A stretch of 20,000 nt of DNA from Rotaria socialis (GCA_905331295.1 CAJNYD010000225.1:232572-252571), one strand, 5' to 3'; counted from the stretch's first letter, positions 1 to 12,213 are shown. Numbers and translations are program-made. Notes: generated by a model from the letters alone, not told the origin.

Positions 1-702
1 TATTGATTTTTCATCTCTGTTATCATAATGGTTAAAAAATTCATTATTCTAACTTTTTTTTCTCGTTGATTGTGCATTTTATATTTTAGTTGTTCACAAA
101 TTTTCTTTTCTCTGATTGTTGATCATCGATTAATTTTGTTTCTAAATAAAACATAGAGCTGTTGGAACAAAAATGATGATATGCCGAGAAAAAGAAAGAT
201 TTCCAAACGATAGCTAGTATGGTAAATATCTAAGGAAAATGCTGCCTAGAAAATAAAACTATTGTCATCATAACTGTGCATTAATGTTTTTCACGAAACG
301 GGTATTAAGTTTAAGTCTCATTCGATATTTTGGATGGAAATGAGTACATTCGTAAATGAACGCAATTCGTTGTATATTGGTCTAGGATATATATTGTGTT
401 TTAGGTTTCGAATTCAAACGCTAAGTTATTAATTTAAAAAGATTTAACTTTCATATGTTATGTCTAAAAGAAATTTTTCGTTTATTTAATAAAGGGCATT
501 TCGAAGAATGTTGGAACTCGCTCGTTCAAATAGGTCCTTTCTTTCATTCACAACAGAAAAGTTACAATCAGATCGTTTTTTTTAACAATTTTGTTATGAC
601 TTTTTCTTCATTGAGCATTAGTCAAATAATTTGTGCTAGACACACCCAGAACGTGTAAAATATTTCGAAACAAACAAAAAGAAAAATAGAAAAAAACATA
701 GA

Positions 703-3204
703 TTATTCAGTTGTTTCTGCTGTTGCAGGGGCTGCCTCTTCAGCTTGAGTTGTTTCTCCAGCTTCAGCTGCTGCTTTTTCGCCAGCCTATAAAAATGAAA
801 GATTTCTAGTAGATAGAAAGAAATTTGCTGTCGTAGAAAACTAACCAAAGCAGCTTTTCGGTCTCTTTTTCTTTTTTCTTCGTCAACGATTTTCCAGAAA
901 TCTTTTTCAGCTTTTTCAATTGGATCAGCTTCTTTCAATTCTGATTCTAAAGTTGCCCCATCTGTCGTTGCTTTTTCAGTTTTCTTGAACACATAAAAAT
1001 AACATATAGAAATACAAAAAAATCTAATTAAAATATGTCACCTCGCCGTGTGCTGATTTTCCTCGAGCATCTCGTCTTGCTCGACCTCGAGCTTCAAGAA
1101 TTTTTGCACGTCGTGTTTCACGATCAAACATCTAATGTATTCATTAGAAAAAAACTAAGGTATTTTTGATATTGTTAAGTACTTACTCCATTGACTAAAG
1201 CTTTTTCACTCTTTCCTTGTACACACAAGTTATCTGATAGTTCAACTAATGTGACTGTACCATTCTGTGAACCACAAGCGACAAGACGACCATGAGGCTC
1301 TTCTACACGTAAACAATGTAGTGGTTCATCCACCACTTGAATTGATAAAGTGGGTTCATTTTGTTTAAATAATATATCCCAAACATCCAATGTACCTATG
1401 TAAAATTTCAAGATAAACTTATATTTCTTTTTGCATTGATAAAATCGAAATTGTTTTACCATCCATTTTAGTTGTAAAAAATATAGATGATCTTGTTGGT
1501 GACCATTGACCATCGGTAAGTGCATGGACGCTTGGTCTAAAAGACGGGAAAATAATTTGTATTTATTTTTAAATTCAATTAATATACGATGAAATTACTT
1601 TGTCCACATAATGCAATCGTCTCTCATTTCTTCTGACCAAATACGTACAGTCCAGTCGCCAACAGATAAAAAATTTTTTAAAAAGTTAGGATGACGTTGA
1701 AGTGCATAAACTGGACCCCAATGTCCTGGAAAAACATTGCCAATTTTTTCGGCATCATTTTTTCCCTTACGATTACATGATATGATACGACCCTGTTCTG
1801 TACCAACCATGAATTTAGTTGGCTAGAGAATATCAAAGTTATTCGATTGCAATGCCAAGAAAATTTCAACTTACAATAGTTGATTCATATTCTAATGACA
1901 TAGCACCAAGAGCATTTTCTAGTCGACCCTTTTTTTCAATATCTAATATTAATGTTTCGACCGGTTCAGATAATTTTTTTGTATCCCACCAAAGAATCTA
2001 AAAGTTTAACAATCAGCTTTCACAATATCATAGAAAAAACAAACTCTTTAGTTTACTTTGCCATCAGTTGATGCTGAAAAAAATTCTGTGCCTGATTTTG
2101 ATTGTAACCATACTGTTTTATAAGCTGGATCACGATGACTATTTTCAATAAGTGATTGTTCGACAGCTGTACTACCCTTTCGTGTGTCGAATATACCTAT
2201 ACATAAAATGTAGTCAATCGAATCAAACAAGAATTGTCAACTTACAAACTTGACCATTATAACAACCACCAACTAGTTGATGTGTATCTTTTGGGTTAAA
2301 CTCAATGCAAACAAGTGGAGATATTGGTTTTAGATGAAGATCAGGTTTTGTTGGATTTTCTATTTTGATTTATTGAATGAATAAATATGTTAATTCGAAG
2401 CTTTTTATTTTTGTAGTTACCCGTATCCCAGATGTATGAGTCGATAAATGAATCATTGGTACCGGATTGAAATTCAAGATTACAATAAGAAACAGCTAAT
2501 TTTCTTGCTCCATCAGCATACCATGAAATATGATTTGCAGCACGTCGAGTTTTATGTGGATCACTAAATATTCGAAATTTCACTAAAAAAAACAAATTCA
2601 ACTAGACTTGTACCGATAGATGTTAACAGTTTTCGCATATGGTGCTTCTTCAACAACATCGGGCTCTAAATTTTGAAAGTAATTTTCATAAATGTCAACA
2701 ATATTGTTTTGCTTGATTGTATGTTCAACTAACTAAATTAACATATTTATATAGTATCAATTAACGAAACAAACATTAGTAAATATCTACATTTCCAAGT
2801 GATAACATGGATCGAGTGAAACCATCTTCTTTTTCTGTTTTCTTTCGAAAACGTGATGTTTGATCAGGTTCAAGTGGATTTATATCTTTTGGCCAACCAC
2901 CTTCAACATGATTTATACCTCGATTTTCTGTTTCAAATCGAACTGTATTTACCTATAGTTATCAAAAGACTTTCTCGTATTAAAAAGAAAACGAAAGGAA
3001 ATTGAGTTTCGAAAACCGTACCCAATGTTCAGAAAATTCCCGGACATTTTGTATAGCAAGTTCAACGGGATTACGTGAAATATATTCGCGAGATAGATCG
3101 GGATTGGGTGGAATATCAGCAATTGATTCAACAGCTCGATCTGTAAAAATTACTTGACGACCAAATTCTGATCGTTTCTTTGTGTAAACATGTTGAATAT
3201 CCAT
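703..3204 (-). CDS. DNAI2: Axonemal outer-arm dynein intermediate chain 2 (WD40), 13 exons, ~601 aa
   Basis: Manually spliced with GT-AG introns. Exons (minus strand): 3204-3022, 2952-2791, 2732-2614, 2563-2421, 2359-2246, 2196-2057, 1997-1875, 1822-1599, 1536-1460, 1395-1187, 1131-1042, 983-846, 786-703; total 1806 nt, in frame, TAA at 705-703. Recognisable DNAI2/IC69 motifs: [83 protein letters not shown]. Confidence 0.95.
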
Positions 3205-3283
3205 TATCGATGTAAACTTGTTGAAGAAAAGTGATCAAACAATGAAATGAAAACAATTTCATCCACATCAATTTTGCCTCTTA

Positions 3284-3297
3284 ATCAACAGAGCAAC
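3284..3297. promoter_or_regulatory. Candidate RFX X-box upstream of the ciliary dynein gene
   Basis: ATCAAC-AG-AGCAAC about 80 bp upstream of the DNAI2 ATG. One good RGYAAC half-site, the other degenerate. RFX control of ciliary genes is established. Confidence 0.35.
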
Positions 3298-3877
3298 CAC
3301 CTCTTTACTTGTACCATTTATAACAAGATGTCGTTGTAGACCATATAATAAACGACTCTTTTGTTTTATTAATGCCTCAGTTACATTGTTTGTTTTACAA
3401 CCATGAAAGTCATAATTCAAATGTTGTTACCTCTTTAGTATAAATATCTTTTCTATTTAATATTTTGAAAGATTCATTTGTAGCTGCATATATTCAATAA
3501 CTATACTGCTATCTTTTTAATATATTATCAACGATTTCTCTCGAAATCCAATTAAGTGTTTGTTCATAAAGCCCTATAAGATTATTTGAGAAACCCATGA
3601 AAAGTTTGGAATCAGTTAAATCAAATTAACGTTGACAACAAAAGACTTACAGATCATAACTTCGAATGAGATAGGATGAGACGAAAAATTCTCCTTTTTT
3701 GATTTTAAAACATCTTTTCATTAGAATGCTAAAATTGACAAAAAAAGATAGGGTGATTAACTAAAGTGACAACGAATTAAAGCGATTATTTTAAAAAATC
3801 AGAATACAGTGCAATGTAAGCATAATCCTATCGATTTTCAGTGAATACAGTAGTGAATTCGTCCGAACCATTACTAC

Positions 3878-3940
3878 TCAGGTCGAGCTTAACGGAGTCT
3901 GCATACGGTGAAATACAGAATATCGTCCATATAAGAGGCC
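3878..3940. mobile_element. Terminal fragment of the CCAGGTYGA MITE family (see 10465-10631)
   Basis: TCAGGTCGAGCTTAACGGAG resembles the reverse complement of the right end of the 10465-10631 element (TCAGGTCGAGGTTTACGGGG), followed by a TACGG-type motif. Confidence 0.45.
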
Positions 3941-4312
3941 TTCAGAAATTTCATAGAATAAGAAAACATTATAGACTATTATAAAAGCTTGTCAGACTTG
4001 ATAACTCATCAAGATAGTTTTCTGAGATCTCTATCTTCCTTTCTAGAAAAAAAATTCAAGTAAACAACGAAATTAGATGAGCACCGTGTATGTATAGATA
4101 AATCTTTCTCTTTTCTGTTCTTTCCTTTCTCTCTGGCTGTGTATATTACGATAGGTAGAGAAGAAATGAAAAATGCACAGTATACATAAAAAGAAAGAAA
4201 ACCACGAAATTATTTTTTTCTGTAATAGTATTAGAGTTTTTAATAAATACCCACCTTCTCATAAGAATCTATTGAGTGAGTATTGTATTGTTAAATGACT
4301 ACTCATTCAACA

Positions 4313-5458
4313 CTAGTCGACGATCCTTCGATCTGTCCAGATTCTTGTTATTCTTGAACATCAGACAAGATTCTTTTGTCATTCCTTCTGTACAAGATTC
4401 TTGCCTGAAAAAGCAGATTTTTACTTTCTGGCAAGATTCTTCTTTTATCATAATTCTTACCATTTTGACAAAATCCTTCTAATACAAATGAATTTCATCT
4501 AGGCATCCATACGATTGCCTCCTCTCGGTACTTGTTTGCACATTCCCCGAAAAAAAAAGAATGCCGTCCATTTGTTTTTCTAAACCTAAGAAGATTTATT
4601 CGTACATTATATTTTAATTTCGAATTAAAAAAAATATACGATAACTTCATACGTACAAAAAAAAATTGAAAAAAAAAAGAAAACGAAAACAAATTGAACA
4701 AAACTATCTATTTAAAAAATACATCTGTTACAGTTCGTCAGCGTTATCTTCATTATCATCTAGAAAGAAAGAAAAAGATATTTACGTTCAAACTTCTGTA
4801 TATTTATAAGTATATAGACAAAGACATCACGTGATATTTTCCCTTAAGATATGATACAAATCGTTGAAAGGAATAGAAAGAAGCAACTTGTCTGAATTTC
4901 AGAAATTCTTGAATATCTTCCCATTCTTACGCGATTTTTATTTATCTGATCAATCAGACAAGATTGTGTTTTTCTTGAATAACAGGCAAGGATCTTCCCA
5001 GGTGAATGAATCCGACAGTGAATCCTATCAAATCTCGTGGGATCTGACAAGGCGACAAAATCCGATCAGATTCCTGGTCACGGATCTACTAACCACTCCG
5101 ACGGAAAAAAACATTTTCTTAATCACCAATGAATAAGCACATGATGCAAACATAACACATGGGTCGAATACTTATGTTGGATTCCGTTAAATTCCGACAC
5201 TGGAATCTATCTGATTCCAACACTAGGGTTCCGATTGTAGGTCCCACACCCGGATACCGATAATATTTCGTCGGTTTAATTAAATCCATACTATATCCGA
5301 TAAGATTCCGATAGGATCCCACTATCGGAATCATTCTTCTGGGTTGTTTCTTTTCTTTCGCGAAAAATCTTGCCTGAATATTATGATCACAAAGAATCTT
5401 GTCTGATATTCAAGAAAAACAAGAATCTGGACAGAACGAAGGCACGATCGTTGACTAA
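4313..5458. mobile_element. Non-autonomous TIR DNA transposon, copy 1 (CTAGTCGACG termini, CAAGAATCTTG subterminal repeats)
   Basis: Left end CTAGTCGACGATCCTTCGATCTGTCCAGATTCTTG pairs with right end CAAGAATCTGGACAGAACGAAGGCACGATCGTTGACTA. The interior aligns in reverse orientation with 13671-14891. Confidence 0.85.
4997..5343. mobile_element. CMC/EnSpm-like MITE nested in the 4313-5458 element
   Basis: Termini CCCAGGTGAATGAATCCGACAGTG ... CACTATCGGAATCATTCTTCTGGG, with a 2-bp TT duplication (4995-96, 5344-45). It is absent from sister copy 13671-14891, where the flanks are contiguous. Confidence 0.85.
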
Positions 5459-5576
5459 AGTCTGATGTTTCTGAGTTGTCTATGATCAATAATAAAATAA
5501 GTGATCCATATTAATACCTTGTGAATGAATTAATGAATCATAATTATAGTCATTATAACTGTCGTTTTTTTTGTAG

Positions 5577-6408
5577 AGAAAACTTCTCAATTTAAAATGC
5601 TTTATACTAACTCATGAACCGGAGTTATTGGTCTACAATAATTTTCTTATTCCACTTTTACATCGAATATCAAATTTACAAGAACTCAGTTTGTATTGTG
5701 CCAATCATATTGCACCAGTTATTGATGGTAATAATTTGAAAGAGAATATTTTCAATCATACGACTAAATTAAAGAAATTCGAATTTAAAATTCGTTCATT
5801 ATTTCTTTTAATAATCAATTTAATTTACCGTCAAATGAAGATATACAAAATACATTTAAAAATTCTATGAACAATCAACTAATGTCATGTATTGATTATT
5901 TTCTAAAAGAAAACCAAGTTCATTGTCATATTTATTCATATCCGTATGCATTCACGTATTTTGAAAATATAACGAACAATTTTCATGATGAACTATTTAA
6001 ATGTGTTCGCGAAATATCGTTATTTGATGAACGTCCTTTCGAACATGAATTCTTGCTTCGAATTGCTAAATCATTCCCCATCTATCAAAAGACTACATTT
6101 GTATAATTGGGAGCCGCAAAAGAATGAGAATCAATAATGCTCAATCATACAGTGTCTTCATCTTATTGAACTTGATCTTGTTCAAACTCATGAAAATTAT
6201 GTGGAATAATTTGAATAGTACTAAAAAGTGTTTATTGAATGATATTTATCTTCGTGTCAATTATAACTCCGTACAGCACGCAACGGGTAATTTTACAAGA
6301 GATGCCACACGAATGAGCTGCTCCAAAATCAAATGTCTAACTTTATACCATAAGCCAGAATTATCTCCAGATTTAAAAGACTATTTTCCTCATGCAGAAA
6401 AATGTTGA
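5577..6408 (+). pseudogene. Frameshifted 3' exon of the expanded bdelloid F-box/LRR-like gene family
   Basis: Splice acceptor tttgtag at 5570-5576, then pieces in shifting frames: LIPLLHRISNLQELSL, IDGNNLKENIFNH, HCHIYSYPY, VREISLFDERPFEHEFLLRIAKSFP, NFTRDATR..CSKIK. Family assignment is from recalled similarity only. The upstream part is disrupted by the 4313-5458 transposon. Confidence 0.7.
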
Positions 6409-6724
6409 TTATTGTTATTTATTACTCAAATAAACTTTGAAAAATGAACAAATCAATTTTATTTTATTTTATATTTTATAGGAAAAATATACAGTTATTA
6501 CATGTATCAAAAAGGTTATCGATATGAGTTATGAGACAAAGAAAAAGGTTACTATACAAAATAGAAAACAATTTGCCTACAATTACAATCATCGATCTAA
6601 TTAAGTGTTATTATAAGTTATATAAACTAAATGAAATCCCTTGGTTTTACGCTCAAAAACTAGTTACATATTTGCGTTACCTTACTGTTAACGATAGGTT
6701 CGAATGTCAAAATGTCTCGGCAAT

Positions 6725-6868
6725 TTAATATTAAATTAGACCAACACGTATGCCAAATCTTTCTGTATTTACAGCAAAGTTTTCATAGTTTAACACTAAA
6801 GTATAAAAAAAAAACTCTCGAGAAGAAAACAAAGATTTAGGCTAAATGTTGGTCTAATTTAATGTTAA
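6725..6868. repeat. Short inverted-repeat element (MITE-like)
   Basis: TTAATATTAAATTAGACCAACA (6725-6746) is complementary to TGTTGGTCTAATTTAATGTTAA (6847-6868) at 21/22; further pairing AAATCTTT/AAAGATTT inside. Confidence 0.7.
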
Positions 6869-7504
6869 CTTCGTAGGAAAACTCGTCAAAATAGACCAAA
6901 AAAACATATATCTATGAAAACAACTTTAGAAAAAATGCTTTCACTCAGTGAATTTTATACAGATCCATGTCGTTCACATCACTCTTTTTGAAGATGAAAA
7001 CCCGACCTCATAAAGCTTACACATTTGGGGAGTTAGTCGAAAAATAATTCTTTGCACTTTAAGAACAATTCCGGCCTAAGAAATTGACATTGATCTGTGT
7101 CCATCTGCCTGCCTGCTTGTGACAAAGTTGATAGTACGATATACCTTAGACTGTAAAGGTAAGTCTTAGAAAAAATAAATCATCTGTTTCTGTTGTCTGT
7201 TTATTCTTCATTACCATCCTGATTTAGAATGACTGTATAGTGTGACTTCAGGGTGAAAATGAGCATTCTTTTGAGTGTTCAACAAAATCTGCTTGGTTGA
7301 TCAGTGATGTGCAAGTATTACTGAATATACAAGTAATTAATCTTTGACAACTAATTAGTCATTTTAAAGATACAATTATCAATAGCAAAATTCCTATGTG
7401 ATGAATAATATCATTTATTTATTTGTTTTTTTTTAGAGATACTCCATAACAATGCTAAGGATGTTCAGATATCAGAAAACATGTGGATCAATTGATTTTC
7501 AATG

Positions 7505-7656
7505 TGACTGTATACGATCGCATACGGAGAAATACGGATCAAAACCGAAATTGTATACAAACTCTGTATGAGGATAGTAAACGACCGTTTTTTCCTCCGC
7601 ATATCATCATATTGCTTCGTATAGAGTCGTTTATGGCCACGTTTTCTCAACATGGG
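7505..7656. mobile_element. Truncated copy of the TACGG/TACGA-repeat MITE family
   Basis: GTATACGATCGCATACGGAGAAATACGG motifs and a right end TCAACATGGG resembling the family terminus; left end not found. Confidence 0.5.
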
Positions 7657-7887
7657 ATAGGTATAATGGAAGAAGAAAAGAGAATGTACTCCATAACAAT
7701 AAAAAAGTGCAAAAATGAAAAAAAACTCAATTAAAGTTAACTTCTAAGAGGAGATTCTTTTAGTGGTATAACTTGAATATTACTGGGTAATTCGCCGATT
7801 TTATTTGTTATAATTAGTCTTGATATTATCATACTTTCGACAAATGTATCGAGATAATACAGATCCTAAAATAGATGTATTAATTTG

Positions 7888-8153
7888 CATACATGTCGAA
7901 CTTGAAACTTGAATTCAACTGAAACTTCAAGTTTCAACTTTCAAGTTTCAACTTTCAAGTTTCAACTTTCAACTTTCAACTTTCAAGGGTGTGGGGGCCG
8001 GGGAAGGGAGATACGCTTGTTTACACACACATATGTACCCTTAATGTGGGTGCCGGGGAAGCAGTAGTGTCAGAGCAATAACGTCAAACCTGAAACTTGA
8101 AACTTGAAATTTGAAGTTTCAGTTGAATTCAAGTTTCAAGTTTGACACTACTG
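7888..8153. mobile_element. hAT-like foldback MITE with 7-mer arrays and a G-rich core
   Basis: Perfect 8-bp target duplication TTAATTTG (7880-7887, 8154-8161). Long inverted arms (TGTCGAACTTGAAACTTGAATTCAACTGAAACTTCAA vs TTGAAGTTTCAGTTGAATTCAAGTTTCAAGTTTGACACTACTG) with TTTCAA(G/C) tandem units. Confidence 0.85.
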
Positions 8154-9990
8154 TTAATTTGGAGAGAATTTTTTCTTTTAAATATTGTTAATATTATTTT
8201 TATTCAACTATTCTATCAACGACTATTGCAATAAGAGGTAATTACTTTTGAAAGAATCTGATTTGAAATGATCAGAAAAATCTTTGAAATTGGTATTGAG
8301 GTGTACTTGTGAACAAAATGTGAAGTCTACGGCGAAAGGACACTTCAACTACTTTTCTCATTAGTTGTACCAGTAAAAATCTGTTTACAATCAAACTAAA
8401 AATAAACATTAGTATTCGTATATAATGTTTTTCTTTTTCATCATTTACAAATAACTTAACTTGTTAAATAAAATATCGTGTGATACAAGGATACATAACA
8501 TTCGTTTGGTTTTATTCAGAACGTAGCGGTAGTTAAAAAAAAACTTTCTTGGGAGAAAATAGTTAATTCTCTTTAGAAATGGAAGTCAAACATTATCTTT
8601 GTTAAGCGCAAACGGATTTTTCTCGTACGTTCGAAAATAATCTTAAGTACAAAAATATACAAATTGTCTTTTTAGTATAGTATAGTTGGATTGAAAATGT
8701 TTTCTAAGACACCTCGAATTCCAAGTTGAAAATTATATCATGAGAAATAGCACGTCGAACTACTTATTGTGGTGAGGAAACCTCACTGGCACGTCTGTAG
8801 AAACTAGAACTTTATGAGACTGAAAACATCATTATTTATCACAAAAGTACACGATTGGAGTGGTATTTGGCATCTATCGTAAGATAAAAAGCTTCTGTGT
8901 CTAAAACATTCCTATAAGCTCTGACAGAGAAAAGAAATATGCATCAAATGTAATTAGTTTCGACGAATCCTAATCGAAATTTATTGGACTTTTCCTTCAA
9001 AAACTACTCTTTAACAGTTCAGAGAAGAATTTAGATCTCTGTAAGTATCTTACAGTTTGAAAGAAAACATGATATTTGAGATCAGTGCACTTACTATTAG
9101 AACTACGGTGACATTAATCAGGGACTAATATTGATTATCAGGCTAGCAAAATTAAACTTAGCTGCTTATAGGACAACATGCCAATGATTTTATACGCTTC
9201 TTTTTTCTTTTGATATTATAATGTACGTAATGCACTAGTGATATACTTGTACTCGTGGAGAATAACCATTAGATGACGAAAAAATACAATTCTACTTTTT
9301 TAATAATTGTTTTTTTTTAACTATGCTTTTTCCTGTCAAATAGATGATGACTAACTTTCGAACTATCTGCCATTTTAAAATTTTAAAAGAATTCTTACTT
9401 TTGATGTCTTTCTCTTCAATATGTTCGATTGTTTCAGAATAAATTGATGATTAATAAATAGATTCATATGAATAAGAATTATCATTACAATCAAAAGTGA
9501 TTTTAAAATTGTGTGATAAGATGAGATATAATGGACACTTGTGTAAGAAAAGTATTTTATCGGATATTCAAATTACTCTTTTAAAAGATACCTTTTAGTA
9601 CATAATAAAAACTCCATAGCTAATATTAGAATAGAATTGGTTTATAGTTGAAAATTATGAGCTTTCAGACTTACATATGGTCGAAGATATAATTCTTGAA
9701 AATGATTGAATACAGTTACCGTGAGTAGAAATCCTGATCATGTATATTATCATTTCACTGCAAGCAAATTGATTCTGTTCTGTTGAAATAATTCGTTTAA
9801 TCAAAGTTGTGTTATAGGTTAAACAGCTCTCAGTCACAGAAGCTTTATGTTCATTTACCCCCATATCGCACAAACAGATCGAAAATTGGTCATATATTAC
9901 TTGGACGATCATTAACATAGAGTAAATATAGAAACTACCAAATTCGTGTATTTGACGATAATGCGTACAAATAGCACCATTTGTATTAAT

Positions 9991-10227
9991 TGTTAGCGTT
10001 AGTGATGTAACTTACTAACGCTAAAAGAAGATTAAGATGTTCTTCTAGCCTAACTGGTTAGGACATCTACTCGGATAGCGGAAGGTGTGGGTTCGAGGCT
10101 CATGAGATTCACCTCTTCTTCGTTCTGTCACATAACATCAATGCCACTGCTTGTCTCTTTCGCTCTTAATATATCTCTCTTTCATTCCTTATATATTCTT
10201 TTCATTCTATAGATATTAGAGCTAACA
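9991..10227. mobile_element. Solo LTR-like element (237 bp) containing a tRNA-like cassette
   Basis: TG...CA ends with a perfect 7-bp terminal inverted repeat TGTTAGC/GCTAACA, and a perfect 5-bp target duplication TTAAT (9986-9990, 10228-10232). Confidence 0.8.
10039..10110 (+). pseudogene. Degenerate tRNA-like sequence (Pol III A and B boxes) inside the solo LTR
   Basis: A box TAGCCTAACTGG (10046-10057); D arm CCT/AGG; anticodon-like arm TCTAC-TCGGATA-GCGGA; T arm GTGGG-TTCGAGG-CTCAT. tRNA spacing is correct, but the acceptor stem is poor and U33 is missing. Confidence 0.7.
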
Positions 10228-10464
10228 TTAATATATAATAGAAAAAATATTCTATATAACTATGAAAAGTTAATCAATGACACAGAATCTTGCAATTGTA
10301 ATAAGTGTCCTATATTCAGTTATTGATTCTAGGAAGAGAGAAACAAATGAATTGAGACTTTTGGACTTCTTTGTTCATCATATCAAGTCATTTGGATAGT
10401 AAAAATCATAATGAGTCATCAAAACAATGTGAAAGTCAACAAAGTTATCCTAAAAATAAGAGTG

Positions 10465-10631
10465 TCCAGGTTGAACTAGCGGAGTCGTTTACGATCTTCG
10501 TTTTGCCCCGTATACGACACGGCAATATGCGATCGTAATAATGAGCCATGTATCACGGCCAAATACGATCGTGAACGGAGCATACACGACCGTTTACGAC
10601 CGTAAATGGACCCCGTAAACCTCGACCTGAA
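10465..10631. mobile_element. MITE with CCAGGTYGA termini and TACGA/CCGTA internal repeats
   Basis: TCCAGGTTGAACTAGCGGAG at left and CCCCGTAAACCTCGACCTGAA at right; repeated TACGA/ACGACCGT motifs; relatives at 3878 and 7505. Confidence 0.7.
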
Positions 10632-11148
10632 TACTAAAGTACAGAGAAGATTAAGAATCCGTTTAGATAAATTCTTGGTAATTATCACATAGGAGCTACA
10701 GTGTGTATAGGCATATCGACTACAGTTACTGGTTAACTGGCTATTACCACTGCTGCATTCATACAAACATATTTGAAAAAGTTTAAAATTTGGTACATGA
10801 GCAAGAAAATCTAAAAAGGCTCATCAAGATTTCAGAAGGCTCTTCCCAGATGTTTGTATTTATGTGTGAAACATTCAATAATTTTTGCATCATACCAATT
10901 ATTTTTAATGAGATTCTGTAGGAAAATAAAATGAACAATAGTATTATCTGATGAAAGATCGTACAAATCATCAATAAATGAATATAATTATTCATCTACA
11001 TAAAAAAAACTCTATCTGCACCTTTATTATTGTCAGTTTTCTATAGAGAACAAAATAAAATCTAGATCCCTAATAGTATAAACCGTATTATATATTAGAA
11101 GTTGTGTACAGTGCCACAATGGGTATTTTTTTTAAATTTATTATTTAT

Positions 11149-12213
11149 TTAACAAAAAACACGTAACAATGTCCATTCTATACATGCTCTGTTTTGTGGA
11201 TTGGGTTCATGTTGTAAAAATCTATAGCCCAACTTCCAGAATTGTGAAAACATTTGTTGGTGCATTATTGCATGAGAAATATCTTTATTCCACCAATGAG
11301 ATTCGAACGTTATCTGATAAGGCATATAGATCTGATTGACTGGTTCAAATAGATCTGCAAATACTGCGTACTCGCCTCCTTCGATATCCATTTTTAAAAT
11401 ATGTACTTGTGTATGATTATTTTCTTTGAGTATATTTTGGAAACTTTTGAAGTTCTTGTCAAAAGCTTTGTGTTCTACGTGATGATAATATTGAACATTC
11501 GGAAATATGTGACTTTGCAACTGTGGTTGTTTTCCAAGACATACTTTATGAAATGATAAGCGTTCGATCGGCTTGGTCGGTGGAAAGCTCGTACAGTCAT
11601 ATGTATGAATTTCACAATGTGTGTGAGCAGAAAGATCACTTTCAAAATCGAACTGATTGTTTGAGCCTAAACTATAAATAACACATTTATCGACATGTTT
11701 GAGATTATCAATGGCGCAAAGTATTTTCCCTGTTTCATCACGAGTACCATAGCGCTTTAGGCCATCTTCAGAAAAACAAGGTAATGGCAATGAGACTGGA
11801 TAAGCAAATTTAGCAATTTGATCTCGAACTTGCTGGGCTACGAAAATGTATTCAATCATAGCATCATATGCAGTTGAAAATTGATTTCGACTCCATTTTA
11901 GCCATTTCTTCTCCAATTCCATGACAACCTTTGGTTTAAAATTAGCTAAGAATGGATTAGAAGAGCACCATTGAAGCTCGGGAGAGAGAAGTGAGCGTAG
12001 CGGATTCAAAGTTTCTTTCAATAGTGCACTTTTGGGTAGCTCATCGTCATTGGTCGATTCGTGGTTGTATCGCTTCGCTGAAACATTTATGGTAATCAAT
12101 ATAATGCTTGCTATAATCAGAATTAAAACAATAGATAATTTTCGAGGAACCCAATGTGCATATTCGATATAAGTTCTATGCAACATATGAGAAAGACCTC
12201 GCCAATAGAGCAT
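11149..12213 (-). CDS. Type II membrane SAM-dependent methyltransferase (Methyltransf_22/FkbM-like, METTL24-like), intronless CDS, ~354 aa
   Basis: Uninterrupted ORF with an N-terminal hydrophobic segment LSIVLILIIASIILITINV and motifs RYG..DE.GK.LC, CVIYSLGSNNQFDFE, CEIHTYD, ILKMDIEGGEY, QI.FE.H, C.EWT. First ATG at 12213 follows a pyrimidine tract + AG acceptor; the ORF-track start at 12267 is a TTG. Confidence 0.85.
   Translation of the reverse strand: MLYWRGLSHMLHRTYIEYAHWVPRKLSIVLILIIASIILITINVSAKRYNHESTNDDELPKSALLKETLNPLRSLLSPELQWCSSNPFLANFKPKVVMELEKKWLKWSRNQFSTAYDAMIEYIFVAQQVRDQIAKFAYPVSLPLPCFSEDGLKRYGTRDETGKILCAIDNLKHVDKCVIYSLGSNNQFDFESDLSAHTHCEIHTYDCTSFPPTKPIERLSFHKVCLGKQPQLQSHIFPNVQYYHHVEHKAFDKNFKSFQNILKENNHTQVHILKMDIEGGEYAVFADLFEPVNQIYMPYQITFESHWWNKDISHAIMHQQMFSQFWKLGYRFLQHEPNPQNRACIEWTLLRVFC

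Noticed and set aside
636..992. Stand-alone 118-aa ORF and other short minus-strand ORFs in 636-3204
   Set aside because: They are DNAI2 exons read through into introns; splicing gives one continuous frame ending at 703.
8500..9200. Possible eroded coding or transposase sequence
   Set aside because: No ORF of 60 aa or more, no recognisable motif and no termini.
9655..9980. Possible decayed membrane-protein (GPCR-like) gene on the minus strand
   Set aside because: Only a vague resemblance, with no motif I can name confidently; it needs a TBLASTN search.
10039..10110. Functional tRNA gene
   Set aside because: The acceptor stem is mostly unpaired, the anticodon loop lacks U33, and the unit sits inside a TSD-flanked element; no isotype can be assigned.
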